DNA from: Takakia lepidozioides
Lineage: Eukaryota; Plantae; Bryophyta
Reading direction: 5' to 3'
DNA length: 64,000 nucleotides
NCBI GenBank assembly: GCA_030704615.1
Contig: CM060732.1
Location: forward strand, 10,106,001 to 10,170,000
Below are positions 13,994 through 27,029 of this stretch, one piece after another. A program made the translations under genes and the position numbers. Numbering within the stretch: position 1 is the stretch's first letter; each line of letters begins with the position of its first letter. A model generated the notes under the pieces. That model was given only the letters and a program-made list of their open reading frames with translations. It was not told the DNA's origin and made no database searches.

Positions 13994-15265
13994 CTAAACA
14001 ACATCGCATAGCTGCTCTAGAGCAAGAGCAAAACACTCTGCCATGAATTTATCCTCAAACGCACTCCCATCGTAATGACTGCCACCATTGATTTTGTGTT
14101 CTAACTTACCAACAACAAATGTTTCGGAAGCCATGCTCTGGGTGGGCCTTTGCCGTGTGCCATCCACCAAATTGTTTGTTGCCGCGTGAACCATAGCAAT
14201 CTCTGGCGCCACCCACCAACGCCGATGCAATTCCTCCCTCATTTTGCTGGTAGTTTCAAAAAGATATGGAGATATCTTCGCTGCCTCCGTGGAGGTTGCC
14301 ATTCCCCAATCACACACCCCGATGTACACCTGGTCGGTACTATCCGGGAAATGCAACAAAATATTACTCGGTGAAAGGTCATTGTGCATGACGTGGTTCT
14401 TATGAACACTATCCATAATGCTCAGCAGTGCCCAAGCCAATTTACTCTGGTGGCGGCGGTAACGAACCAAACGGTTCACCTGCTCCCGTTCTTGCTTGGT
14501 CCAATGCTTTGCCAACACCTCCCTGTTATCCACCCGGCTCCCAAATCGTTCGTCACTCTTCTAAACATCACATATGGAACCCCCATCCCACCACAATGGG
14601 TAACCCTCCAAGTCTCGTGGATGAACACATATATATTTTATAATCCCATGATGTGCGAATCGCATAGCCATGGCCTCTTCAAAATGTTGCCTCCTAGCAA
14701 GATGAGGATCTTTCTCCTTAGGTGTTTTCCCCGCCAATTGCCAATTAACATTAATTCGGATATCACCTGTACTTCGTATCTTACGAACTCGTCCGAAGCC
14801 CCCCTCTCTTGGTGCATCCAACTGCTCCACCACTGCGTTCGAACTGAGGTACAACAATGCCGCTCCCTCTCCAGGAATGTTGTCGGGCTGCCTCCGTGTC
14901 AGTGACTTGGTGCGGCATTTTCCGTGGGCCTTTGCTGAATCCGCCCACCAACCAACTCGGTCCTTCTCCCAAGCCGGCACTGGACCGCCTGTCATCTGTT
15001 TCACCATCGAACCAATAAACTGCTTGAGATTCCATGTGATGTCGCCCGCTCGATGTTCCACCCACTGGTCGAACTTGCGCTTCTCCCTCTCCTCTATCCA
15101 CTTCTCCCCGGCCAAAGCTTCCCGGATTTTTTGCTCCATCCGCAGTTCAAACTTGCAGAATCCATCGTGTCCATGCCGGACATACGCACTTTGCAAGTAC
15201 ATCATGCTCTTCTCCATAAAAGACACCAACTCCTTGACAACATCCCCGGTGGCTTTGCTGGGGTA
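13994..15265 (-). pseudogene. Ser/Thr-type protein kinase, intronless here, one in-frame stop (~14561)
   Basis: ORFs 15229-14561 and 14533-13994 are in the same frame; motifs EGGFGRV, LAGK, HNDLSPSNILL, CDWG, WVAPE. Confidence 0.85.
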
Positions 15266-15366
15266 ATGGTCTCTGTTGATAGCGCTATCACACTCTGATC
15301 CATCTTTCCTCTTTTTCCCTTATGAACTTCCCGTCCTAGTGCTAGAATTGCCATCCGAGGCCTCCA

Positions 15367-15522
15367 CGTGGCTGCCAGAAATCATGGCCCGGATGGAAAT
15401 ATGGTGCCGAATTTCCATCGGAGGCCTGCACGTGGCTGCCATAAATCATGGCCCGGATGGAAATATGGCGCCATATTTCCATCCAAGGCTGGAACGTGGC
15501 TGCCAAAAATCATGGCCCGGAT
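15367..15522. repeat. Remnant palindrome array (64-bp unit) of element EK
   Basis: About 2.5 copies of CGTGGCTGCC...CATGGCCCGGATGGAAATATGG(C/T)GCC..ATTTCCATC; includes the perfect palindrome GGATGGAAATATGGCGCCATATTTCCATCC. Confidence 0.8.
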
Positions 15523-15688
15523 GAAGAGAAGGCCAAGGATGAGGCAAGAGAGAAGGCCACTGAAAAGACCACGGAAGAGGCAGTGACACAAGCACTGACA
15601 AGCAAGAGAGGTACCATGACACCTGAACCAAATAGAGCCATTAAGAAACCGGTAGAGGGAGAGGAGAAAACACCACACAAACCGGGGT

Positions 15689-17400
15689 ATGGGGCAGGTG
15701 GAGGGGAAGAGGCACTTGCCAGGCACTATTGAGCTTCCATTGGTACATGTCGGATATGAGGAGGAGAGGGATCTTTCTGACCAGGATGACATCCTCCCGG
15801 AGATCCCCAGGGCCCAAAGTCGGAGCATACAGGCTGGATTTGGTGGTTCTGGTGGGCTTCCAGAGAACCCCCCTGCAGCAGATGTCATGTCGGAGGCGGA
15901 TATGAAGTTGGCCGCTGCCAGGATGTTGGAGGCAACCCACAACAACATTGGCAGGGTACTGGGAAGCATGGTCTACCCAGCAAAGCTGGGGATTCCGCTC
16001 TGCCACATGGTATCGATGCAGGTGGTCAGACCTGCCTTTTTCGGTGATATCGACAAGCTCAAATTCTCTTTTCGGGATGGATATCGTATGGGGTCTGCCT
16101 CATTTTATGTCTCCATTGAGAACGATCACGGAGCTTCTCGTGTACACACTTCCGACAATTTCGCAAAGTGGGGCCCCCATTGGCAAACCCGAAACGGTGA
16201 GTTCGAGAAATTGATTGTTAACGATCCTCTTTTCCAACACTTGTCCGGAAAAATGTTCTTCGTATGGGACGGGAACCATCGGCTTGCCACATGGATGGAG
16301 TACATAGCCCAAGTACACCCCGACGAACTAGATTGGCATTACGCCGTGGAGTGTGTTGTGCTGAAGGTGGTGGGTACGGCGGATCACAGTCTTCTCAAGG
16401 CTGCTATGGCGGACATAAACACATAAGTTCAAATGTTGCTTGCACTGGAACTTGCAATTTCATAGTCATTTTGGCGGCAAGCCCCTCACATATTGCAACT
16501 GTGGCATTGCAGGGTCACGGAGACTGCCTTCATTGCCACCAACTTGTCCCACATGCTCTTCCGAGTGAAGGATGTGGGGAGGCAGCCGGTGTCTAGCTTT
16601 GCCAATTCCCTTAGTGCCGATCTCCTGCGGAAGTCGGAGGCAAAGGCTGACAGAACATGGTACAGGCTGAGCATGGATGCCATGGTCGACTATATCTTTT
16701 GGCTATTGTGTTCTGCTCTCTTTATTTCCTCATTTCTCGATTTTTTGCAGTGGAATTAGAAGACCATGCTTTGTAATTGCTATGTGCTTTGCTGACAGAC
16801 CAGAATTGACCAAGATTTGGCACATGCGAGGAGGTTCTACATGGAGTCAGAGGAGAAGAAACTGACCCTGGGTGCACTCGAATTGTATCTCAGCGCTGCC
16901 GAGGCAAAGGCGCGCCTCAAGTACAAGTCTCGGATGGTGAAGTACGTGGCCATTGCTGATCCCGCATTCGGTGACGACTTTCTTGTGGAGGTGGGGAAGC
17001 ACTACTCACGGGCTCTTAAGCCAACAATCACAATCAAGAAACTACCTCGTCTAGCCACAACGTGTGTGGATGCAACTGAGAAGGTTAATCATTCTGAACC
17101 AACTTGGACTCTTCATGCAACAATGTGTTCCCTTACTTTATTTCGCTTACTAATATCCATGTTGGTTGGACAGACTCGGTGGCTCCAAATCTGGAATGGG
17201 TCTCAGAGTATTCGGGACATGTGGAGCTTCCCAAAACCTGACAAACTGTCCGACCCCACATTCAACCTCCGGATGAACCGCATGACATGGGTTGTTTTCA
17301 AGCTTTTTTGGTGCTTCCCCTCTTGTATTACGTAGATTTCCGACATTTCTTGAAGAATGCTGACTGATGGGGACTGTCCGCAGGTGTCGATCAATTTTTC
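15689..17400 (+). pseudogene. ParB/Srx-like gene copy (EK), multi-exon, truncated before the MTase domain
   Basis: FVWDGNHRLA motif; closely similar to E2 56289-57452. Same phase-2 intron after MADIN (donor mutated GT>AT); downstream exons homologous to E1. Confidence 0.85.
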
Positions 17401-17504
17401 GGATCATAATTTAGAATAGCACATTTTATGTACATTAGTATATATTTTATGAAGTTTAGTACAAAATCATAGTAAGAAATCATAAATAAAATGGAATTCT
17501 AGCA

Positions 17505-18140
17505 ATGGCAGAGCCGGAGGACCAGTCGAAGGACAACTCCTTGATTCCGGGACTGACAGACCGTGTGACACTAGAATGCGTTGCACGGGTGCCTCGCTCT
17601 TATTATTTATCGTTGAAAGGTGGTTGTAAGAATTGGCAGAATGCGCTATCGGTGGTTGATGACGAAGGCTGCAACGACATCTTTGAGACTCGAAAACGGA
17701 TGGAGATCAAGGAAGAATGGTTATATACATGATGGCTGGGCCTGCATACAATGCCCAGTCTCCCATAGGTACGCAGAAGTGGCGGACATTTGGTCCCATT
17801 AGCACGCAGTGGCGATGTCTGCCAGACTACCCTGTGGATTATACCTTTGAAGTTTCTGACAAGGAGTCGGCAGTTACAGGAATGCAGCTTTGTGGAAAGT
17901 CCTCTAGATGCTACATGGTATGGAGGTATGATCTAGAAATCAACGAATAGTCTTCAACGCCAAGAATGATTCAGGATCGATGTTTTTTTTGGATCAGCAA
18001 ATGCAGAAAATAATGCCTACATTACTGGAAGTTCTCACCAACAGATGACTCTCAAAGCAATCAAGCGCTACAACTCTCTACTTCAAGCATGGGAACCTCT
18101 CCCCGACCTCAACATGGAATTTAATTGGAGCACAAAGGTA
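17505..18140 (+). pseudogene. F-box/kelch-repeat protein fragment
   Basis: SLIPGLTDRVTLECVARVPRSYY..L...CKNW..and EEWLY are typical of plant F-box/kelch proteins; kelch-like W..LPDL downstream; stops and frameshifts. Confidence 0.75.
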
Positions 18141-19721
18141 AATATGGACCATTGGATGATTGGCTGATCAAGGGTAGCAATCCCACTTCCCAAACGGATG
18201 AATAACATGGATGAGAGCAACATTCATGAGGACTTAAAACGGATCATGTACCAACTTAAGTTGGTCATGTACCAAACTTTAAGTTGGTCGTCCCTGGATG
18301 GATGAAAAGTACAAAGAAGAATGAGAATGGATGAAATCAGCGAATGGATGAGAGATCGCAAGCTGGATAAAATTGCAGGATGGATGAAACTCTAGCAGGA
18401 TGGATGAAATCAGAAGTTTCCAGGGTTGCTTGGCCAACAAGTTTTCCATTAAATTTAATGAATAATTCTTAATTTTCCTATTGGCCAAAAAAGAAGCATA
18501 AAAGGAGGTTTGGAGGAGTGGGAAAGGCCAGTATCAACAGTATCAATCGATCCAGTACCCAGAAGAGTATTGAGAGTAGACGAGCATGGGGTAGAGAGAT
18601 GTAGAGGGCAGCAGAGCGTTCTTGGCGAAGTAGGGTGCTAGCAGGAAGACTATTAGTGTGCTTGGGCGATGTGATAGGAGAACGCAGTGTGAAGAGTGCT
18701 CAAGAGGAGAGCAATCGGCCGAGAGAGGGGTCCTGATCCGAGGGGTCCTGATCAGCAGCTTCTGCATAACGTAGAGCGGCATGCGAGGGTGGCAGTGCGT
18801 GCCGCAGTATCAAGTGACTAAGTATTCGTACATGAAAAGACACAACTCTTCACAACATGTCTCTTGGACGCTTTACATCTGTCATTGACAAGTCTAGAGA
18901 TACTTGTTCGTGCGCGCAGTCTATCAGAACGGGGCCGTATGAATTTGGTTGTTTGAAAGCAGTTTTCGTAAATCAAAAGACTTCTGATCTTCAATACTTA
19001 GTTCTTCATTCTGATCAGCAGGGGTACTTATCTCTGAAACTGAATGTGGTGTTTTGGCACAGCTAGGGACGAGCAGTTAAGAGCGCTTGGAAGCCCGCTT
19101 GGAAGTTAGCCTTGAATTTTGCTCTAACCAATGCGTAATGTTTCTCTTGAAAATAGTCAACGAAGCATAAGGTGGATGTTTAAGGCTAGTGGAATCTTGT
19201 GTTGGAACTTAAATGCCTTTGTCAAAGATGAGAAGTCTTGAATGGCCAGAAGTATGAATCAGATGGCCTGATATACAGCCAGGACAGGGGAGTGAAATGA
19301 TGTTCTCTCGAGCCTATGGCAACATGTCAAATCGTATCCACATGGAGCTTATAAAGCTACCTGCCCGTGTCAATATGAAGTACTGCCAAATCTGAAAGTT
19401 CCTAACCGCTTATCCGATGATTCACTGTCCCTGATGTTTATGAAGGTGTTCTCTTGTGACCCTAGCTTCAGGTGATTTCCCCTATCTATTGCCCATAAGA
19501 TCCCGGCCAAGCAGCCATCTCCTGTCCTGAAGATAACCTCTGATTTTCACCGATGCCATGGCAAGGTCCTAACCGCCGCAACAATCCACGGGTCCATAAA
19601 ATGTCATTCGAAATTGGCGGAATGCAGTGACCCTTCGTGGGTGAAGAGACACCATAAAATGTGCTCCCTTCAGACGTTATTGTGTTAAAGTAATAATGCA
19701 ACATTATTATTTCAACACATG

Positions 19722-19790
19722 AATTTGGGCTTAGTGGTTAAGGAAATTATTTCCAAATTGTAGGTCGAGGGTTCAATTTCCTTTGGCCAC
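19722..19790 (+). other. Degenerate tRNA-like or SINE-head sequence
   Basis: A-box-like GGCTTAGTGGTTAAG and B-box-like GGTTCAATTTCC at tRNA-like spacing; acceptor stem not convincing. Confidence 0.35.
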
Positions 19791-19849
19791 TTTATTATCT
19801 GTAGCTCATTTTCTTGTATTTAATTTTTAAGACCCCGCTACACCTATTT

Positions 19850-20010
19850 CTAGCGACGACCGAAGGTCGGAAGCTAGTTTAGCGTAGAGCAGGAATAGGG
19901 TGCCATAGTGCCATGTCATCGTCGCCATGTTTCGTAGACACGTCATCGTAGCCAGGTCATCGTAGACACGTCATAGAAATCGTCAATTTCTTTGGAACCT
20001 GCCCGAAATG
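19850..20010. repeat. Dispersed repeat with CTAG-flanked hairpin, copy 1 (possible Helitron-type end)
   Basis: CTAGCGACGACCGAAGGTCGGAAGCTAG followed by TTAGCGTAGAGCAGGAATAGGGTGCC; also at ~26848 and ~33355. Confidence 0.6.
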
Positions 20011-20190
20011 CCCGAAATGCAGCGCGGGGAAGGGCGTGCTTGAGCGCGGAGGGGTTTCACGCAATGTGGTGAGGGCACCTTCTTCTTCGACCTATTTCAG
20101 CCTGTTTTGCCTCTCATCAGACTCGGCCCTGAGATGCCTGTTATCATAGTCATCCCTAAATTTTGATGTTGAACTCTGCAAGGTAGCTCG

Positions 20191-23129
20191 TTGGTGGATC
20201 TATGGTGGTTTTGGAGTGATTTTGACATGTTACTGCTAATGTGGCAACAGGAAAGTATTGAAAATCAGACAACAGAGATGAGGAGAAGCTCTGAAATGCT
20301 CACCTCAACGATGACCGCAGCTTCTGAAAGAGGATCAAGAGAGGGAGTCCACAATGCCTCTTCTGGCACTTCTGCGCATGTGAAGATGCTTTGTGAGGCA
20401 GGCAGACTGATAGAGGCTCTCACCACAGGTAGCTGAAGGAGCAAGGATAGAGGGTGGGTCCAGATTCATCTAAGAGGGCCGGATTTCAAGCTCCAGATCA
20501 CCGATGATTCCCTGTGGAAGGACAGGTACAAGAAACAGATGGTCAACTGCAACCCGCAACGGCAGCGGTCAGACATTGCTAATGAAGGCACCTTCTTCAA
20601 CACATTTCACCCTGTTTTTTCCCTCTTATCAGAGTCGGCCCTAAATTTCCGTGTTGAATTCTGCAAGTTAGCTGGTTGAGTGAACCTTTGATAGTTTGGA
20701 GTGAATGACATGATACTGCCAATGTCACAACAGGTCAGTATCCAAAAACAGGTAACAGAGCTAAAGAGAAGCTGTGGAATGAATTCATAACTTTCCTGAC
20801 CCCAATTAATGGTGGGACAACCAAGGCAAAAAGGTGAATGCCTGTTGGATTACAGAGAGTAGCAGATGCAATTGAGCATACGAACTAGTGTCACTAAGTT
20901 GAGTTGGGTGTTTCCTAGAACTTCAAGCTCCAAATTACCTATGATTCCCTGTGGATCAATAGCTACAAGAAACCTGCATCGGTAGATGGTCACCTAAAGG
21001 CAGCAGCTGCAGCGGCACCTTTGCTAAAATTAGGCACCTCAACCATGACCACAACTTCTGCAAGAGGATCAAGAGAGGGAGTCCACAATGCCTTCTCTGG
21101 CACTTCTGGGCATGTGAAGATGCTTTTTGCGGCAGGCAGTCTGACAGAGGCTCTTCAAACTTTAAACCAAGGAGGCATTTCAGTAGATTTAGATACGTAT
21201 GTCTGTCTCTTGCTTAAGTGCATCAAGATGGAAGGTCTGGAAGCTGGAAAGCAGGTGCACACTCACATTATCCAAAGTGGATTCACACCAAATGTTTTTC
21301 TACTCAACACCCTTGTCTACATGTATGTTAAGTGTAGGAGCATCATGGATGCTCACCAAGTGTTCAACAAAATGCCTCAACCATCTTTGATCACGTGGAA
21401 CACGATGCTTGCAGGGTATGCACAGCAGGGATGGAGGCTTTGGAGACCTATGATCAAATGATGGGGGAAGGGGTGAAGCCCGACCACATCACGTTTCCGT
21501 GCTTTTGCAATGCGTGTGCAAGCCTGGCAGCTCTGGAAAAGGGTGAAGAGGTGCATGGCGACATTGTCAGAGTTGCAATTGTACCAAATGTCATTCTGAA
21601 CAATACCCTCGTGGACATGTATGAAGGGAGTGTTCGACAGTATGGCTGAACGAGATGTGGTGTCGTGGAGTGCGATGATTGCAGGATATGCACAACAACG
21701 GCGCGGGATGGAGGCTCTGGAACGCGATGCTTGCAGGGTATGCACAGCAGGGGTGCGGTATGGAGGCTTTGGAGAACTATGAGCAAAAGATGTGCGAAGG
21801 GGTAAAGCCCGACCCCATCACATTTGTTTGTGGTTGCAATGCGTGTGCAAGCCTGGGAGCTCTGGAAGAGGGGAAAGAGGTCCATGGTGACATCGTCAAA
21901 GTTAGAATTGCACCAGATGTCATCCTGAACACTGCCCTGGTGGACATATGCCAAATGTGGGTGGATCGCGAGGATGCGAAGGGAGTTTTCAACACTGTGG
22001 CTGAACGAGATGTGGTGTCGTGGAACGCGATGCTTGCAGGGTATGCACAGCAGGGGCACAGGATGGAGGCTTTGGAGACCTATGAACAAATGATGGGGGA
22101 AGTGGTGAAGCCCGACCACATCACGTTTGCAGTGCGTATGCAAACCTGGCAGCCCTGGAAAAGGGCATGGGTGCATCGCCAAAGCTGGAATTGTACCAGA
22201 TGTGGTTCTGAACAATACCCTCGTGGACATGTATGCCAGATGCGGAATGCGATGATCGCAGGATATGCCTAGCATGTTGTCATAGGGAGGTCCTACAACT
22301 ATTTGAAGGAATGCAAAAGAACGGCTTAAAGCTGGACAACCATTATATGTGTTCTCTCTGCATGCAGCCACACTGGCCTACTGAATGAAGGAAGACACTA
22401 CTGGGATTCCCTGAGTCAAGATCATGGTGTCACTCCGACAGTAAAGCACTTTGGCTGCATGGTGGACCTTCTTGGATGTGCGGGACAACTGGATGAGGCA
22501 GTGGATCTGATTAATAAAATGCCAATCAATCCAGATGTTGTGGTGTGGAAGGCCTTGATTGGTGCCTGCAGAATCCATGGCAATGTGGAGATGGCTGAAC
22601 GTGCGGCAACATCTATCCTCAAGTAGGATGAACAAGATGCCTATCAAACATCTATGCTGCAGCTGGCAGGTGGGATGATACTGCACAGGTGAGAAGAATG
22701 ATGAAAGTGAGAGGGGTTAAAAAGGAGCCAGGTCGCTGCTGCATTGAGGTTGGCAACAGGGTGCACACCTTCGTTGTAGATGACAAGTTGCATCCCAGAA
22801 TTAAGGAAATCCATGGTGAGCTGAGAAGATTGTCTGGGCAGATGAAGGAGGTGGGGTATGTGCCTGACACTTTTTGTATTGCATGATCTGGGGAGGACGA
22901 AAAGAAATTTTCTCTTTGCCACCACAATGAGAAGTTGGCCATTGGTTTTGGGCAGATCAGACGACCCCTAGGACGCCTCTCCATCTCATCAAGAATCTTT
23001 GAGTGTGGTGACTACCACACCTCCACCAAATTCATCTCAAAGATTGTTGGCCGAGCAATTGTTGTATGGGACGCTAACCGCTTTCACCACTTTGAAGATG
23101 GGATTTGTTCTTGTGGTGATTACTGGTGA
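20191..23129 (+). pseudogene. PLS-class PPR gene with E/E+/DYW domain, degenerate
   Basis: PPR motifs (VFLLNTLVYMYVKC, RDVVSWNAMLAGYAQQG, KPDHITF..CNACASL), E-domain VWKALIGACRIHGNVE, PG box KKEPGRCCIEV, HNEKLAIGFG, CGDYH...FHHFEDGICSCGDYW*. Many stops and frameshifts. Confidence 0.93.
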
Positions 23130-23709
23130 AAGGATGTTTTCTTGGAAAGATGCGAGTGTCTTGCTTCATTCATTGATCTGTGTAGCTACTCAGACCATCC
23201 ACCATTTCCTGGGAGTATTGACCATCATGGGGTCTACCCGGCATAGGTGGGAAGTCAGCCCATAATTGCACTTGACTGAAAGGGTGTTTTTTGACTGATT
23301 CTGGTGACAGTGGATGGAACTCAGAGTGCTGTCCTAATTCTGGGTTTGGGTGGTGGAGCTTCTCCAAGGCTTGAAGATGGAAGTGAATACAAATTTTAAT
23401 GAGCTTGATGAGAGGGGCAGCCCTGTGCACAAGTTTGTTCAACATCTTAAATTTCGTGATGTGGCTTTGGATGGAGCCCTTGACAAACTTGTCAAAAGCT
23501 AGCCTTAACCTACCAAGATCCAATCCCATCTTGAAAGTTCACATAGTGATTATAAGGGTATTTGGGTATGTTGTTATTGTTTGATGCGGCTTGACTTCCT
23601 CACACTATAACATCGGTTTGTGCATGTTGGAGTTCAAGGTGGGGGGTAACTACTTGAGCTGCCAATCTCAAACAAGCCGAAAAACTGCTCCTCCTTGTGG
23701 ATCTACTGG

Positions 23710-23713
<4 letters not shown>

Positions 23714-23748
<35 letters not shown>
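23714..23748. repeat. (TC)n microsatellite
   Basis: Directly visible. Confidence 0.95.
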
Positions 23749-23751
<3 letters not shown>

Positions 23752-23947
23752 CAGCTTGTAATTTTAGTTTTTGATCCTGCAAGCTCTGAAGCATTTGTTG
23801 AATATGCATAGTCCTCCAGAACAAGCTCTGATCCTGTTGCCTCGCTGCTGTCAAGTGTGAATGGATTTGAGGTGTCTCATCACGTGTGGAAGTGTCTGCA
23901 TATTGGGTAGAAAAGGGGGTTCAACTCCCCCTCACTTCTTGGCAGGA

Positions 23948-26260
23948 TTTACCAAGCATGGGTGTGGTAGGAATACTTTGGAGACCTATGAGCAAATATT
24001 CGCAAAGGGGTGAAGCCCAACCACATCACATTTGTTTGTGTTTGCAATGCGTGTGCAAGCCTAGGAGCTCTGGAAAAGGGGAAAGAGGTCCCTGCTGACA
24101 TCGTCAAAGCTGGAATTGTACCAGATGTCATTCTGAACACTGCCCTGGTGGAAATGTATGTCAAATGTGCGTGCATCAAGGATCCCAAGGGAGTGCTCGA
24201 AAGTATGACTGAACGAGATGTGGTGTCGTGGAGTGCGATGATTGCAGGCTATGCACAGCAAAGGTGCGGGATGGAGGCTTTGGAGACCTATGAGCAAGTG
24301 ATGTGCAAAGGGGTAAAGCCCAACCACGTAACGTTTGTTTTTGTTTGCAATGCGTGTGCAAGCAGCCTGGGAGCTCTGGAAAAGGGGAAAGAGGTCCATG
24401 GTGACATCGTCAAAGCTGTAATTGTGCCAGATGTCATCCTGAACACTGCCCTGGTCGACATGTATGCACGGGATGGAGGCTTTGGAGACCTATGAGCAAA
24501 TGATGTGCGAAGGGGGGAGGGGATTCCACGCTTGGATTGCCCTTAGATGCTGCCCTCCGCAAGCCTGGCACCCTGGTAAAGGGCAAGAGGTGCATGGTTG
24601 CATCAACAAATCTGCGAAGGGAGGGTTCGACACTATGGCCGAACGTGATGTGGTGTCGTGGAACACGATGCTTGCAGGGTATGCACAGCAGGGGCTAGAA
24701 GGAGGCTTTGGATACCTATGAGCAAATGATGGGGGAAGGGGTGAAGCCCGACCACATCAGGTTTGTGCGTTTGCAATGTGTGTGCAAGCCTGGCAGCCCT
24801 GGAAAAGGGCAGAGGGTTTATGGTTGCAACGCCAAAGCTAGAATTCTACCAGATGTGGTTTTGAACAATACCCTCGTGGACATGTATGCCAAATGTGGGT
24901 GCATCGAGGATGTGGAGGGAGTGTTCGACCAAACGGGTGGCCAAATGAGTGTGGTAGGCTTGGAGTGCCATGATCGCAAGATATGCACAACAGGGGAGCG
25001 GGATGGAGGCTATGGAGACCCACAAGCAAATGATGTGGGAAGGGGTGAAGCCTGACCACATCACGTTTGTTGGTGTTTGCAACGTGTGTGGAAGCCTCGC
25101 AGCCCTAGAGAAGGGCAGAGAGGTTCATAATGACATTGTAAAGCTAGAATTGTACCAGATGTCATTCCGAACAGTGTCCTGATGGATATGTATGCCAAAT
25201 GTGGGTGCATTGAAGACGTGAAGGGAGAGTTCGACAATATGGCTAAACGAAATGTGGTGTCTTGGAGTGCCATGACAGCAGCATGGGTGTGGGATGGAGG
25301 CTATGGAGACCTATGAGCAAATGATGCGGGAAAGGGGCGAAGCCAAATCACATCATGTTCTTGTGCATTTGCAATGCGTGTGCGAGCCTGGCAGCCCTGG
25401 AAAAGGGCAAAGAGGTCCATGATGGTAACATTATCAAAGCTGGTATTGTACCAAATGTCATTCTAAACACAACCCTGGTGGACATGTATGCAAAATGTGG
25501 TGCATCGAGGATGCGAAGGGAGCGGTCTACAATATGACTGAACAGGATGTGGTGTCCTGGAACGCGATGATTGCTGGATATGCCCAGCATGGTTGTCATA
25601 TGGAGACCCTGCAACTATTTGGCTATTTGGAATAATGCAGAGGGAAGGCTTCAAGTTGGACAGTATCACCTTTATATGTGTTCTCTGCGCATGCAGCCAC
25701 ACTGGCCTACTGGATGAAGAAAGACGCTACTGGGATTCCCTGAGTCAAGATCATGGTGTCACTCTGACAGTAAGTGCACTTTGGCTGCATGGTGGACCTT
25801 CTTGGACGTGCCGGACAATTGGATGAGCAGTGGACCTGATTAATAAAATGCCATCAATCCAGATGTTGTGGTGTGGAAGGCCTTGCTTGGTGCCTGCAGA
25901 ATCCATGGCAATGTGGAGATGGCTGAACGTGCGGCAACATCTATCCTCACGTCAGATGAAACAGGATGCCGCGACTTATGTGTTGCTATCAAATATCTAT
26001 GCTGCAGCTGCCAGGTGGGATCCATCTGAGCAGCAGAATGTTCTCCCTGCATTTTCCCAGCGCCTAACAAGCTGTATGTTCCATCACATTTCACATGAGC
26101 TTGTTCTTCCTTGTACAAAAATTTGACACTTAGAATAGTTTATATAGCTATTGGGACATTAAATTAAGAATCCAAACTATTTGAAATCTACACCAATTGC
26201 CCATATAAACAAATGGTCAGAGGGGTTAGAAAGGAGCCAGGTCGTTGCTGTATTGAGGTA
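23948..26260 (+). pseudogene. PLS-class PPR-E pseudogene, truncated at the PG box
   Basis: Repeated PLS triplets, E domain (QDAATYVLLSNIYAAAARWD), and remnant RGVRKEPGRCCIEV at ~26220-26260. Confidence 0.88.
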
Positions 26261-26779
26261 TTTTTACACTCCCTCGCTCAAACAACAAAAAAGGGAGAAG
26301 AGGGAGAGAGAGAGCGAGGGAGAGAATGAGGGAGAGAGATAAGTTTTTTATCAAGATAAACTAAATGTCGAGAAACTAAAGGATGGCCAACAGTCAGTAC
26401 CTAAGTTGGTTAGTAAACTGAGTGCCACCCAGATGATTCTGGGGCAAATCATGCTACTTGAGGGGTGTGGTATACTCTTCTACCCCTTCCATTGGGCGGT
26501 GCCCCATTTCTACGCCTTCATGGTGGGGTTACTGTGAAAGAAGTTATTTTCTCCTCTCACTATCAAGGGGCCTGATTTGTGACCTGTCGCTCCCAGGTGT
26601 TTCCCTTTAAAAAAAATAAAAAATAAAATGATGAGCAACGGATAAACAACCGGATTTCGGTCCTGATGAAACAAATGCTTAACGAAGGGGAAAATACAAA
26701 AGAGTTCACCTCTACCTCACTTCTAGGGCATAGATAGAGGTAGCTACATCAAACAATGAAATTGGGAAACCCAACTTAT

Positions 26780-26975
26780 TTTGTGAAAATTGAACGTTGT
26801 TCTCAGAATTCGTCGCTAGTAGTGCGGAGCAACGCGAAGCCCTAGTTCTAGCGACAACAGAAGGTCGGAAGCTAGCTTAGCGTAGAGCAGGAATAGGGTG
26901 CCATAGTGCCTCGTCATCGTCGCCATGTTTCGTCGTCGTCAATTTTCGTCGGACCTGCCCGGCTTGCCCGAAAAC
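26780..26975. repeat. Dispersed CTAG-hairpin repeat, copy 2
   Basis: Matches 33290-33490 and 19850-20010. Confidence 0.65.
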
Positions 26976-27029
26976 CCAGAACCTTTCTTGACCCGAAGCT
27001 TTCTTGAATGGCCTGAAGGGTCGCTGCTC

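Noticed and set aside
18150-19703. Solo LTR ending ...TGCAACA
   Set aside because: LTR-like composition, but no matching TG start or TSD could be identified.
22689-23129. Functional or reverse-editing (U-to-C) DYW domain
   Set aside because: PG-box/DYW type, with CxxC mutated to CGDY plus stops and frameshifts; a pseudogene.
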